Shown in pieces: positions 1 to 9,696 of a DNA stretch of 64,000 nucleotides (position 1 is its first letter; each line of letters opens with the position of its first letter). The notes beneath the pieces are model-generated. The model saw only the letters and a list, made by a program, of their open reading frames with translations, did not search any database and was not told where the DNA came from. Both the position numbers and the translations under genes were made by a program. Origin of the DNA: an uncultured Acidobacteriota bacterium (lineage in GTDB: Bacteria; Acidobacteriota; JAQAZP01); the NCBI GenBank assembly GCA_963836075.1, contig CAWIIB010000009.1:2560001-2624000 (forward strand), read 5' to 3'.

Positions 1-581
1 GTTTCCCCAACGCCCTGCGCTCGGTGCTGCGCCAGGACCCCGACGTGGTGCTGATCGGTGAGATGCGGGACCTGGAGACGGTGGAGTCAGCGCTGCGGAT
101 CGCCGAGACCGGCCACCTGACCTTTGCCACGCTGCACACCAATACCGCGGCCCAGACCATCAACCGGATCATCGATGTTTTCCCGGCGCACCAGCAGCCC
201 CAGATCCGGGCCCAGCTCTCCTTCGTGCTGGAGGGCATCATGTGCCAGACCCTGCTCCCCCGCGCTGCTGCCGCCGGGCGGGTCCTGGCCATGGAAGTGC
301 TGATCCCCACCCCGGCGATCCGCAACCTGATCCGTGAAGACAAGGTGCACCAGATCTACTCGTCGATGCAGACCGGGCAGTCGACCCACGGGATGCAGAC
401 CTTCAACCAGGCTCTGGCCACGCTCTACTTCCGGAAACGGATAACGCTCAAGACGGCTCTGAATGTCTCCTCCAACAGGGAGGAGTTGCAGGAAATGATC
501 AATCGTGGCACGGGGCTGATCAACCAGCCCGTGGCGGTGCCCGCGGGGGCCCGGGGGGCCGGCGGGGGAGGCGCCAGATGA
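1..581 (+). CDS. pilT: Type IV pilus retraction ATPase PilT (5'-truncated by window edge)
   Basis: [20 protein letters not shown] Walker [13 protein letters not shown] His box, AIRNLIRE motif; directly upstream of pilC. Confidence 0.93.
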   Translation, partial: FPNALRSVLRQDPDVVLIGEMRDLETVESALRIAETGHLTFATLHTNTAAQTINRIIDVFPAHQQPQIRAQLSFVLEGIMCQTLLPRAAAAGRVLAMEVLIPTPAIRNLIREDKVHQIYSSMQTGQSTHGMQTFNQALATLYFRKRITLKTALNVSSNREELQEMINRGTGLINQPVAVPAGARGAGGGGAR

Positions 582-686
582 TGAACATCACCGGGGGCGC
601 CCACCTGGCGAAGAGATACCAGACGGCCGCTGAACAAAATTCCGGCCCGCATCAACGGGGCCGGCGAATAAAGAGCGAGAACAACG

Positions 687-1889
687 ATGGCTAACTTCAC
701 ATGGAAGGGACGTGACCGGAGCGGCAACGTCAAGGAGGGGATCATGTCCGCCGACAACAAGACGGCCGTGATCAGCTCCCTGCGCAAGCAGCAGGTTCTG
801 GTCACCGAAGTCAAGGAGAAGGGCAAGGAGCTGAAGCTCCCGTTGATGGGCAAGGGGGTGTCCCAGAAGGAGATCGCCATCTTCACCCGGCAGTTCTCGG
901 TGATGATCGATGCCGGCCTGCCGCTGGTCCAGTGCCTGGAAGTGCTGGCCATGCAGCAGGAGAACCGCGCCTTCCAGCGGGCCCTGGACGCGGTGCGCCA
1001 GGACGTGGAAAGCGGGTCCTCGCTGGCCGACTCACTGCGCAAGCACGAGAAAGTGTTCAACAACCTCTACTGCAACATGGTGGCCGCCGGCGAGTCGGGC
1101 GGTATCCTGGATACCATTCTCCAGCGGCTGGCTGATTACATCGAGAAGTCGGTCAAGCTGAAGAAGCGGATCCGGTCGGCAATGATCTATCCTATTTCGG
1201 TGATCTCCATCGCCGTGGTGGTGGTGATCATCATCCTCTGGAAGGTGATTCCCACGTTTGACACGCTGTTCAAGGGCCTCGATGCCGAACTGCCGCTGCC
1301 CACCCGGATCGTGGTGGTGATGAGCAACTTTGTCGGCCGCTATATTGTCTTCATCACCATCGGGGTGATCGCCGGGATCATCGGCCTCAACCGCTACCAC
1401 AAGACATACCGCGGCCGGCGCGTGCTGGACGGACTGGCGCTGAAGATGCCGGTGATGGGGATGCTGATCCGCAAAATCTCGGTGGCCCGGTTCTGCCGCA
1501 CCCAGGGGACCCTGATCTCCAGCGGGGTGCCGATCCTCGAAGCCCTTGAAATCACCGCCCGGACGGCGGGCAACGCCGTGGTGGAGGACGCCATCATGGT
1601 CACCCGCAAGAGTATCGAAGGCGGAAAAACAATCTCTGAGCCGCTCAAGGAAACCGACGTCTTCCCGCCGATGGTGGTGCAGATGATCGCGGTGGGTGAG
1701 CAGACCGGCGCCCTGGACGCCATGCTGTCCAAGATCGCCGACTTCTACGAGGAGGAGGTGGACACCGCGGTGGACAACCTGGTTTCCCTGCTGGAGCCGA
1801 TTATGATTTTCGTCCTCGGCACGGTGATCGGGGGGATCGTGGTGGCGATGTATATGCCTCTGTTCAGCCTGATGAGCAAGATCGGTTAA
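687..1889 (+). CDS. pilC: Type IV pilus platform protein PilC (GspF family)
   Basis: FTRQFSVMIDAGLPL, AGESGGILD, VGEQTGALDAML, three TM segments, 400 aa. Confidence 0.95.
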   Translation: MANFTWKGRDRSGNVKEGIMSADNKTAVISSLRKQQVLVTEVKEKGKELKLPLMGKGVSQKEIAIFTRQFSVMIDAGLPLVQCLEVLAMQQENRAFQRALDAVRQDVESGSSLADSLRKHEKVFNNLYCNMVAAGESGGILDTILQRLADYIEKSVKLKKRIRSAMIYPISVISIAVVVVIIILWKVIPTFDTLFKGLDAELPLPTRIVVVMSNFVGRYIVFITIGVIAGIIGLNRYHKTYRGRRVLDGLALKMPVMGMLIRKISVARFCRTQGTLISSGVPILEALEITARTAGNAVVEDAIMVTRKSIEGGKTISEPLKETDVFPPMVVQMIAVGEQTGALDAMLSKIADFYEEEVDTAVDNLVSLLEPIMIFVLGTVIGGIVVAMYMPLFSLMSKIG

Positions 1890-1905
1890 GCATGCGGCCC
1901 TTTTC

Positions 1906-3675
1906 ATGGCCGCGGCATCGGTTTATCATCCCGTTATGAGGGAAGGGACACTCCAGCGGCAAATCGTCCGGTTGATCGTCTTCAGGGTCGTCATCGTCAC
2001 CACGCTGATGGGGACCCTGTTCGCGATCCAGCTCACCCCGGAAGGGGGGGCGGTCCTCTCCTTCGACTTCATCTACAACCTCTCCGGGATAACCTACGGC
2101 CTGAGCATCCTCTACCTGCTGCTGCTGCGCAAGGCCGGCAGCTCGACCCTCTTCGTCTATTTGCAGCTCCTCGGTGACACCGCCCTGATCACCGGCCTGG
2201 TGTACTACACCGGGGGCATCGTTTCCCCCTTCACCTTTCTCTACCTGCTGACCATCATCACCGCGGTGATCATGCTCTACCGCCGCGGCGGTTTCATCCT
2301 CGCCTCGGCCTGTGGAATCGCTTACGGCGTGCTGGTGGACCTGCAATTCCTCGGCCTGCTGCCGACCAGGGGAATGGGCGCCGCCCCGGCGCTTTCGCCC
2401 TACTCGCACTACTACAGTATTTTTCTCCATTTCTTTGCTTTCTACGCGGTCTCCTTCCTGGTCAGCTACCTCGCCGAGAACCTCAAGCGCACCGGCAGCA
2501 TCCTCGAGGAGCAGCGCGGCCACCTGGCCGACCTGCAGATGTTCAATGAGCTGGTGATCAACTCCATGAGCAGCGGGCTGATCACCCTCGACCTGGACGG
2601 GAGGATCAGCAAGGTCAACCAGGTGGCCCTGCGGCTCACCCGCTACAGCGAGCCGGACCTGATGGGCCGGAACATCCTCGACCTGCTGGGCCTGCCCCGG
2701 CGCTACCTCGGGCTGATAAACCGCAAGCTCCGCCGGCGCCGGCTCTACCGTTTTGACCGCCGGGTGGTACGGCGTGACGGGGTGACCATCCCGGTGGGGG
2801 TCAGTACCTCGCTGCTGCGCGACAAGGACCGGACACCACTGGGCTACATCATCATCTTCCAGGACCTCACCGAGATGCGGAAACTGGAGGAGAACCTGCG
2901 GACCCGGGACCGGCTGGCAGTGGTGGGGGAGATGGCTGCCGATGTGGCCCACGAGATCCGCAACCCGCTGGCCTCCATCTCCGGGTCGGTGCAAATGCTC
3001 GGCGCCGATACCGAAGCCGGTGAGGAGCACCGCCACCTGCTGAAAATAATCCAACGGGAATCAACCCGGCTGGACCGCAGCATCCAGGAGTTTCTCAGCT
3101 TCGCCCGTCCGGCGCCGCTGGTCCTGCAGGATGTGAACCTCTCGGAAATGGTCCGGGACACGGCCACCCTGCTGGGCAACAGCGAGGAACTGCTCGCCGG
3201 CCACCGCATCGAGGTGGACCTGCCTCCCGGCGAGGTCATGCTGCGGGCCGACGGAGACCGGTTGCGCCAGGTGGTCTGGAACCTCAGCCGCAACGGGCTC
3301 AAGGCCATGGCTGAGGGCGGGTGCCTGACCATCCGTCTCGCCCCGCCGGCGGACGATCTGGTGACCCTCGATTTCTCCGACGAAGGCCATGGCTTTCTGG
3401 AGGACTCCCGGCGGCAGGTGTTCCAGCCGTTTTCACGGAAATTCCGGCGGGGCACCGGCCTCGGGCTGGCCATTGTCTACCGGATCATCGAGGCCCACGG
3501 CGGGCGGATCAGTATCGGTAATCAATCCGAGGGCGGGGCGTGGGTGCGGATCGAACTCTCCGTCTCCGGACGTCCGCTGGGACCGCCCGGGGAGCGTCCC
3601 CCGGGGCAAGAGCTGCGGGGAGCGATCATCGCGGAGTCGGCGCCGCTGCGCCCGGCGCCGGGAGAACAGAACTGA
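1906..3675 (+). CDS. pilS: PilS-like membrane PAS sensor histidine kinase (alternative start 1936)
   Basis: About 6 N-terminal TMs with TGGIVSPF, PAS region, AHEIRNPL H-box, GTGLGLAIV G-box; located between pilC and pilR. Confidence 0.85.
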   Translation: MAAASVYHPVMREGTLQRQIVRLIVFRVVIVTTLMGTLFAIQLTPEGGAVLSFDFIYNLSGITYGLSILYLLLLRKAGSSTLFVYLQLLGDTALITGLVYYTGGIVSPFTFLYLLTIITAVIMLYRRGGFILASACGIAYGVLVDLQFLGLLPTRGMGAAPALSPYSHYYSIFLHFFAFYAVSFLVSYLAENLKRTGSILEEQRGHLADLQMFNELVINSMSSGLITLDLDGRISKVNQVALRLTRYSEPDLMGRNILDLLGLPRRYLGLINRKLRRRRLYRFDRRVVRRDGVTIPVGVSTSLLRDKDRTPLGYIIIFQDLTEMRKLEENLRTRDRLAVVGEMAADVAHEIRNPLASISGSVQMLGADTEAGEEHRHLLKIIQRESTRLDRSIQEFLSFARPAPLVLQDVNLSEMVRDTATLLGNSEELLAGHRIEVDLPPGEVMLRADGDRLRQVVWNLSRNGLKAMAEGGCLTIRLAPPADDLVTLDFSDEGHGFLEDSRRQVFQPFSRKFRRGTGLGLAIVYRIIEAHGGRISIGNQSEGGAWVRIELSVSGRPLGPPGERPPGQELRGAIIAESAPLRPAPGEQN

Positions 3676-3687
3676 GGTGAGGTGCTT

Positions 3688-5100
3688 ATGAACGACGATG
3701 CGCCGAAGATCCTGGTGGTGGACGACGAATTGAGCATGCAGGAGTTCCTCGCCATCATGCTGAAAAAGGAGGGCTGCCTGCCCGTCTGTTCAGGGTCGGG
3801 GGAGGACGCGGTGAAGAAACTCTCCTCCCAGGAGTTCGACGCGGTGATCACCGACCTCAACCTGCCCAACCTCGATGGAATCGGGGTGCTGCGCGAGGTT
3901 CGGGAGCGGCAGCCGGGGACGCCGGTGATCATGATCACCGCCTATGCCACCGCCAAGACGGCCATCGAGGCGTTGAAGGTCGGGGCTTACGACTACGTGA
4001 TGAAGCCGTTCAACGTCGACGAGCTGAAGAACATCGTCTTCAACGCCCTGGAGAAGAAGCGGCTGACCAGCGAGAACATCCACCTGCGCCGTCAGCTGCA
4101 GGACGCCGACGGCCTGGGCGGCATGATCGGGGTCAGTGAACAGATGCAGCAGCTCTTCGCCCTGATCAAGAAGATTTCCCGCGCGCAGTCCAGCGTGCTG
4201 ATCACCGGCGAATCGGGCACTGGTAAGGAACTGGCCGCCCGGGCGATCCACCAGAGCAGTCTGCGTTTCGACAAGCCGTTTGTCTCGGTCAATTGCGCCG
4301 CCATGCCCTCGGAGCTGCTGGAGAGCGAGCTGTTCGGCCACGTCAAGGGGTCGTTCACCGGGGCGGTGGCCAACAAGAAGGGTCTCTTCGAGACGGCCCA
4401 CGGCGGTACGTTGCTGCTTGACGAGATCGGTGAGATGCCGGTCAACATGCAGGCCAAACTCCTGCGGGCGCTGCAGGAGCGCTCGGTGCGGCGGATCGGG
4501 GGCCTGGACGAGATCAAGGTGGACGTCCGTTTGATCTGCACCACCAACCGCGACCTGGAGGCGCTGGTGGAGGATGGCGGGTTCCGCGAAGATCTGTTTT
4601 ACCGGATCAACGTGATCCGGCTGCACCTCGCCCCGCTCCGTGAGCGGCCGGACGACATCCCGCTGCTGGCCGAGCACTTTCTCACCCGGATCAGCGGCGA
4701 GATGGGCAAGTCGATCAATTCGGTGTCGCGGGAGGGCATGCGGCTGCTCCGGGAACACCGCTGGCCGGGAAACATCCGCGAGCTGGAGAATGTGATCGAA
4801 CGGGCGGTGGCCCTGGAGAGCAACGAGATGGTGATGCCCGAGAATCTGGCCGCCATCGCCGCGGCCCCCACCGGCCCGGCGCCGCCGGTGCCCGGCGAGA
4901 TCCCGGAGGAGGGTTTTGTCATCGAGGAGTATATGCGGGACATCGAAAAGCGTTTTATCATTCAGGCGCTGAACCAGGCCGGGGGCAACATGACCAGGGC
5001 CGCGGCCCTGCTGGGAATGAGTTTCCGGTCCTTCCGCTACTATGTGAAGAAATACGAACTGAAGGGGGGCGGGGCCGAATCCTCGGGCTCCGGGAGCTGA
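3688..5100 (+). CDS. pilR: PilR-like sigma54-dependent response regulator
   Basis: Receiver domain, GESGTGKE, ELFGHVKGSFTGA, WPGNIRELEN, C-terminal LGMSFRSFRYY HTH. Confidence 0.87.
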   Translation: MNDDAPKILVVDDELSMQEFLAIMLKKEGCLPVCSGSGEDAVKKLSSQEFDAVITDLNLPNLDGIGVLREVRERQPGTPVIMITAYATAKTAIEALKVGAYDYVMKPFNVDELKNIVFNALEKKRLTSENIHLRRQLQDADGLGGMIGVSEQMQQLFALIKKISRAQSSVLITGESGTGKELAARAIHQSSLRFDKPFVSVNCAAMPSELLESELFGHVKGSFTGAVANKKGLFETAHGGTLLLDEIGEMPVNMQAKLLRALQERSVRRIGGLDEIKVDVRLICTTNRDLEALVEDGGFREDLFYRINVIRLHLAPLRERPDDIPLLAEHFLTRISGEMGKSINSVSREGMRLLREHRWPGNIRELENVIERAVALESNEMVMPENLAAIAAAPTGPAPPVPGEIPEEGFVIEEYMRDIEKRFIIQALNQAGGNMTRAAALLGMSFRSFRYYVKKYELKGGGAESSGSGS

Positions 5101-5106
5101 CCGCCG

Positions 5107-7581
5107 ATGAGCGCACCTATGACAGGGGCCCGCCTGCTGGCTGCGGCGCTGCTGCTGTTGTTCATGGCGCTGCTCTTCTTTCCCGGCGTTTTTTCCGGCG
5201 GTGCACTCTACTACCGGGACCTTTTCCGGGTGCACCACCCGGCCAAGACCATCGGGCTGGAATCGGTGATCGACCACGGCCAACTGCCCTGGTGGAGCCC
5301 CGGCCACTCCCTGGGCCAGCCCTTCCTGGCCGACCCGAACTTCACCGTCTTCTACCCTTCGAATCTGCTCTACCTGGCGCTGCCCTTCAACATCGCCTTC
5401 AACCTGCATGTGGTGCTCCACGTCTTCCTCTGCGGGCTGTTCACCCTGCTCCTGGCCCGCCACCTCCGTTTCTCCTGGCCGGCGGCCCTGGTGGCCGCCG
5501 CGGCCCTGGCCTTCAGCGGCTTTACCCTCTCCCTGGGGAATTTTTACAACGCCGTGGCCTCGGCCAGTTACCTGCCGCTGGTGCTGCTGCTCTTCCTCGC
5601 CGGTTGTGCCGTTCCCCGGGCCGCTGGGCCGCGGGCCGTATCCCTGCGGCGGACCGCCGGCCTGGCCGCCGGGGCCGGTCTGGCGCTGGCCCTGCAGTTC
5701 CTCGGCGGGGAGCCGGTCTACCTTTTCCTCACCGCCGGCCTGCTGGTGCTGGGTGCCGGGACCGGGCTGGCCCTGCGCCGGCTGCTCCCCGGACCAACCG
5801 CGGCCTTCCTGGCGCTGGCAGCCCTGGTGGCGGCTCTGGTGGCGGCGGTGCAGCTGCTGCCCAGCGCCGAACTGATCCCCTGGACCGACCGGGGAAGCGG
5901 GTTCACCCTGCAGGAGGCGGCCCACCATTCGGTCCACCCCTTCCGACTCCTCGAACTTGCCTGTCCCGGCCTGTTCGGCGATCCCCACGCCCTCTCCTTC
6001 TGGGGTTTCTGGGGCCATGGCTGGTTCGACGGAAACTTCCCGTACATCCTAACCGTCTACATCGGGTCGGGGCTGCTGCTGCTGGCCCTGACCGCACCCT
6101 TTGGCGGCCGCGGACGGTTGGCCCTGCTGCTCTGGGCCGGGGCGCTGGTCTTCCTGCTCCTTGCCCTGGGACGGCACACGCCGCTCTTCCCGGCCCTGTT
6201 CGGCATCCTGCCCGGTGCCTCGGCGATCCGCTACCCGGTGAAATTTCTGTACCCGGCACTGCTCTGCCTGGCCCTGCTGGCCGGCCTGGGGGCCGAGCTG
6301 GCCTGGGGCGGAGCCGCTGCCGGGCGTCGGAATCGGGGGCTGGCTCTGTTGTGGACCACGGTTGCCATGTGGTGCGGGCTGGTGCTTCTGGCGCTCCGTC
6401 TCGGCTGGCTGCCCGGGTTCCAGGGGCTGCTCCAGGCCCGTGGTGTGCCCGTCGGTCCGCTGGAGGCCGCAGCTGCCGGGATGACCTCCTCCGCGGCCCA
6501 CGGTCTGGTTGTCGGTCTGGCGTCCGCGCTGCTGCTGGCCCTCTGCCTTTCCCTGCGCGGTGCGTGGCGCCGGGTGGCGGCCGGATCGCTCTTTCTCCTG
6601 CTGGCCCTGGACCTGCTGCTGGCCCTGGGTGGCCTCAACCCGGCTGCGCCGCCCGATTTTTACACCAGCCCCTCCCCGCTGCTGGGGCTCATCGAGGCCC
6701 GGGAGTCGGCTGAGGCCGTTGAAGACGGCGAGTTTCGCCTCTACCACGATACGGGGAAGGACCTGCCCTCGGTGCAGCTCCAGGCCCCGGAGAATGACCG
6801 GTTGTGGCACTTCCACTGGATGCGGCAGGCCCTCTTTCCCATGACCGCCCGTCTGGACTACGCCTTCGAGCCGAACTGGGACGGGCTCTACCTCGATCCG
6901 GCACACCAGGCGGCCCGGGTGGCCCGCACCCTGCCCGGGACCGACCGGGCCAGGTTCCTCGGCCTCTACAACGTGCGCTACGTGGTGCAGTTCCGCGATG
7001 CGCAGGACCCGCTGCTGGAGGAGCTGGCCCGCTGGTCCGGTGGAGCGAACCTCGAGACCCGGCTGCTGGTGAACCGGGCCTGTATGCCCCGCGCCTACTG
7101 GGTTCCCCGGGCTGTGCGGCGGGCGGGGGAGGCGGAGGTGGTGCGGGCGCTGGTCTCTGCGAAATTCGATCCGCGGAGTGAAGTGGTGCTGGAGGGAGAG
7201 GCGTCCTCCACACCGGCGGCGGACAATGACCCGCTGCTGCCCGGCTGCGGAGAGGCCCGCTGCCGGATCAGTCGACGGGGCGGGAGTGTGGTGCAGGTGC
7301 AAGTGGACTGCCCGGCCCCGGGCTTCCTGGTGCTGGCTGATGCGTGGGCTCCGGGCTGGCGGGCGGCGGTGGACGGTGCGCCGGTCCTGATCGAGAGGGC
7401 CAACCTGGCGGTCCGCGCGGTGCGGGTGCCCGGGGGGGCGCACACGGTGACCTTCCGCTACCTGCCACGGTGGCGGGTGGCCGGGCCGGTGCTCTCGCTC
7501 TGCGGAATCATACTGGCGGCCGTGCTGATCCTGGCCGCGCTGCTGCCGTGGCGGCCTCATGTATGGAGAGCCGGACCATGA
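5107..7581 (+). CDS. YfhO-like polytopic membrane protein (putative GT-C glycosyltransferase)
   Basis: N-terminal RD..HP and PWWSP..LGQPFLA motifs, many TMs, C-terminal GFLVLADAWAPGWRAAVDG..RANLAVRAV..GAHTVTFRY. Confidence 0.7.
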   Translation: MSAPMTGARLLAAALLLLFMALLFFPGVFSGGALYYRDLFRVHHPAKTIGLESVIDHGQLPWWSPGHSLGQPFLADPNFTVFYPSNLLYLALPFNIAFNLHVVLHVFLCGLFTLLLARHLRFSWPAALVAAAALAFSGFTLSLGNFYNAVASASYLPLVLLLFLAGCAVPRAAGPRAVSLRRTAGLAAGAGLALALQFLGGEPVYLFLTAGLLVLGAGTGLALRRLLPGPTAAFLALAALVAALVAAVQLLPSAELIPWTDRGSGFTLQEAAHHSVHPFRLLELACPGLFGDPHALSFWGFWGHGWFDGNFPYILTVYIGSGLLLLALTAPFGGRGRLALLLWAGALVFLLLALGRHTPLFPALFGILPGASAIRYPVKFLYPALLCLALLAGLGAELAWGGAAAGRRNRGLALLWTTVAMWCGLVLLALRLGWLPGFQGLLQARGVPVGPLEAAAAGMTSSAAHGLVVGLASALLLALCLSLRGAWRRVAAGSLFLLLALDLLLALGGLNPAAPPDFYTSPSPLLGLIEARESAEAVEDGEFRLYHDTGKDLPSVQLQAPENDRLWHFHWMRQALFPMTARLDYAFEPNWDGLYLDPAHQAARVARTLPGTDRARFLGLYNVRYVVQFRDAQDPLLEELARWSGGANLETRLLVNRACMPRAYWVPRAVRRAGEAEVVRALVSAKFDPRSEVVLEGEASSTPAADNDPLLPGCGEARCRISRRGGSVVQVQVDCPAPGFLVLADAWAPGWRAAVDGAPVLIERANLAVRAVRVPGGAHTVTFRYLPRWRVAGPVLSLCGIILAAVLILAALLPWRPHVWRAGP

Positions 7582-8937
7582 CCCGATGGTGCCTGGCAGC
7601 GGTACCTGCTGGCCGTCCTGCTGGTCCCCGGCTGTGCCCGCGATCAGGGGCTGCGGGACGCCGATCCGCGGCCCAACGTGCTGCTGATCACCCTCGACAC
7701 CCTCCGGGCCGACTACCTCGGCTGTTACGGCAGCCCGGATGTGGACACCCCGCACATCGACGGACTGGCCCGCGAGGGGGTCCAGTTCATGCGCGCCGTG
7801 GCGCCTTCCCAGTGCACCAACCCGTCCCACGCCTCGATCATGACCGGGCTCTACCTCGCCGAGCACGGGGTGTATGACAATGCCACGCCCCTGGCCGATG
7901 AAGCGGTGACCCTTGCCGAACTGCTGCAGGCCGAGGGCTACCGCACCATCGCCGCCGTGAGCGCCAGGCATCTGAACCCGAAAAACTCGAATTTCGGACA
8001 GGGGTTCGATGCCTTTCTGCGCTGCGGGCCCACCGAGATGGCCGCTGGAAAACGGAACCGCAAACTCTTTCGGGCCATCCGCTCCGCGGCCCGCCACCCC
8101 TTCTTCGCCTGGGTGCACTACTTCGACCCCCACGGCGACTACGCCCCCCCCATGCCCTTCGACACCCGATACCCGGTAACAGACCTCTACGATCCGGTGG
8201 AGGCCCGCCCGTGGATGGACCTCTCGGAAAAACGCCTGCGGCCGGGGTCGGTTGATCCTGACCAGGTGATCCCCCTGTACAAGGGTGAGATTTCCTACCT
8301 GGACAGCGAGATCGGGCAACTGCTCGGACTGCTGGAGGAGAATGGGCTCCTGCGGCAGACGCTGGTGGTGCTGGTGGCGGACCACGGAGAGAGCATGACC
8401 GAGAAGGGTATCCACTTCTGTCATGCCGGCCTCTACAACCAGGTGCTTCACGTGCCCCTGCTGCTCCGCTGGCCCGGCCGGCTCCCCTCGGGCCAGCGGG
8501 TGTTGTGGCCGGTCAGCCCGGTGGACATCCTGCCCACACTGCTCCAGTTGCTGGACCTCCAGCTGCCGGAGCGAATGTCCGGGGTCAGTCTCCTGCCGGC
8601 CATCGAGGATCCCGGTCACCGGCCGGACCGGCCGTTGTTCAGCGAGGCGGTGGGCGGAGTCATCCGCTCGGTCCACCTCGATGGCTACAAGTTCATCAAG
8701 GCCTACCCGGGAAAGGACTGGTCGGTCACCGGGGACCACCTCTACCGACCCTTCGGGGATGACTACCGGGAGGAACAGGACCTGCTGGCCGGGGACCCGG
8801 AGCGGGCTGCCCTGATGGAGCGCTTGCTGGCCACCTGGCTTGACGCGGCCTGCGGACGGAGCCTGCCCAGCCGCCAGCGTGAGCAGCTGGACCGGGAGAC
8901 CGAGGAGGCCCTGCGCCAGCTGGGCTACCTCGAATAA
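7578..8937 (+). CDS. Sulfatase/alkaline-phosphatase-superfamily lipoprotein (apparent +1 frameshift near 7605)
   Basis: PNVLLITLDTLRAD, TNPSHASIMTG, VADHGE, HVPL; ATG 7578 with GGAG upstream; removing one C gives the signal peptide MTRWCLAAVLLAVLLVPGC. Confidence 0.8.
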
Positions 8938-8976
8938 CCGCCACTCCGCTCGAACCCCGCTTCTGACCCTGCGATC

Positions 8977-9013
8977 TGACACATTTTGTCACCTCCATGA
9001 CGGATTCTTGTCA
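8977..9013. promoter_or_regulatory. Two TGAC-N7/8-GTCA palindromes, candidate PilR enhancer sites
   Basis: TGACACATTTTGTCA (8977-8991) and TGACGGATTCTTGTCA (8998-9013), 110-145 bp upstream of a sigma54 promoter. Confidence 0.55.
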
Positions 9014-9070
9014 GGCGGCTCTGAATCGCCGGACTCCGCCGAATCGTTGTTGTCCAGGTAACATTAGATT

Positions 9071-9083
9071 TATCAACAAGTTT
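9071..9083 (+). promoter_or_regulatory. Candidate IHF site
   Basis: TATCAACAAGTTT vs WATCAANNNNTTR (one mismatch), in an AT-rich tract between the enhancer sites and the sigma54 promoter. Confidence 0.5.
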
Positions 9084-9120
9084 TACGATTTATTGGTGAT
9101 CCGTGGATTGAGGATCGGTG

Positions 9121-9136
9121 TGGTACATGGATTGCA
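9121..9136 (+). promoter_or_regulatory. sigma54 -24/-12 promoter of the major pilin
   Basis: TGGTACATGGATTGCA, GG-N10-GC spacing. Confidence 0.8.
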
Positions 9137-9193
9137 GTTTACTCGGGGCGTCATGGTAAGCAAGGAAGCAACACAGTAAGGGAGGGTCAAAGG

Positions 9194-9631
9194 ATGCTGA
9201 GAAGGAAAGACAAGGGTTTCACTCTGATCGAGCTGCTCATCGTTGTGGCAATCATCGGTATTATTGCTGCCATCGCGGTTCCCAACCTGCTCAACGCCAT
9301 CCAGCGTGGCAAACAGAAGAGGACCATGGCCGACATGCGGTCCCTGGGCACCGGTATGGGAACCTACGAGATCGACTACAACCAGTATCCCACAACTCTC
9401 GCCGGCCTGGCGCCCGACTACCTCAAGAACCCCCCGGCGAACGACGGTTGGAACACGGCCTGGGTAACCACCTTCGGGACCCAGGAATACACCGTTGTCA
9501 GCCTGGGCAAGAACCAGGCGGCCGACGGCGCGGGCAGCTACGGCGGCACCACCAGTACCTTCAACGCCGACATCGTCTACTCCTCCGGAACCTTCATCCA
9601 GTACCCGGACGGCAAGCAGACCAACGGCTAG
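9194..9631 (+). CDS. pilA: Major type IV pilin with GspG-like globular domain
   Basis: Class III signal KDKG|FTLIELLIVVAIIGIIAAIAVP, strong SD GGAGG, own sigma54 promoter and terminator. Confidence 0.8.
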   Translation: MLRRKDKGFTLIELLIVVAIIGIIAAIAVPNLLNAIQRGKQKRTMADMRSLGTGMGTYEIDYNQYPTTLAGLAPDYLKNPPANDGWNTAWVTTFGTQEYTVVSLGKNQAADGAGSYGGTTSTFNADIVYSSGTFIQYPDGKQTNG

Positions 9632-9657
9632 TAGCCGAGCGTAAACGGAAATGGGTA

Positions 9658-9687
9658 GGGACGGCGTAACCGCCGTCCCTTTTTTTT
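9658..9687 (+). terminator. Intrinsic terminator after the pilin gene
   Basis: GGGACGGCG-TAAC-CGCCGTCCC followed by T8. Confidence 0.9.
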
Positions 9688-9696
9688 CGTTTTTTC

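Noticed and set aside
578-694. 38-codon ORF bridging pilT and pilC
   Set aside because: No recognisable motif; likely a chance ORF
7579-7581. The YfhO-like gene and the sulfatase are in the same frame separated by one TGA (possible readthrough or selenocysteine fusion)
   Set aside because: An overlapping ATGA start with SD, plus a clean lipoprotein signal after a one-base repair, explains it more simply
9194-9631. Possible conductive e-pilin (14 aromatic residues of 137, about 10%)
   Set aside because: No aromatic residue between F1 and Y50 and none at the Geobacter F24/Y27/Y32 positions; full-size head domain
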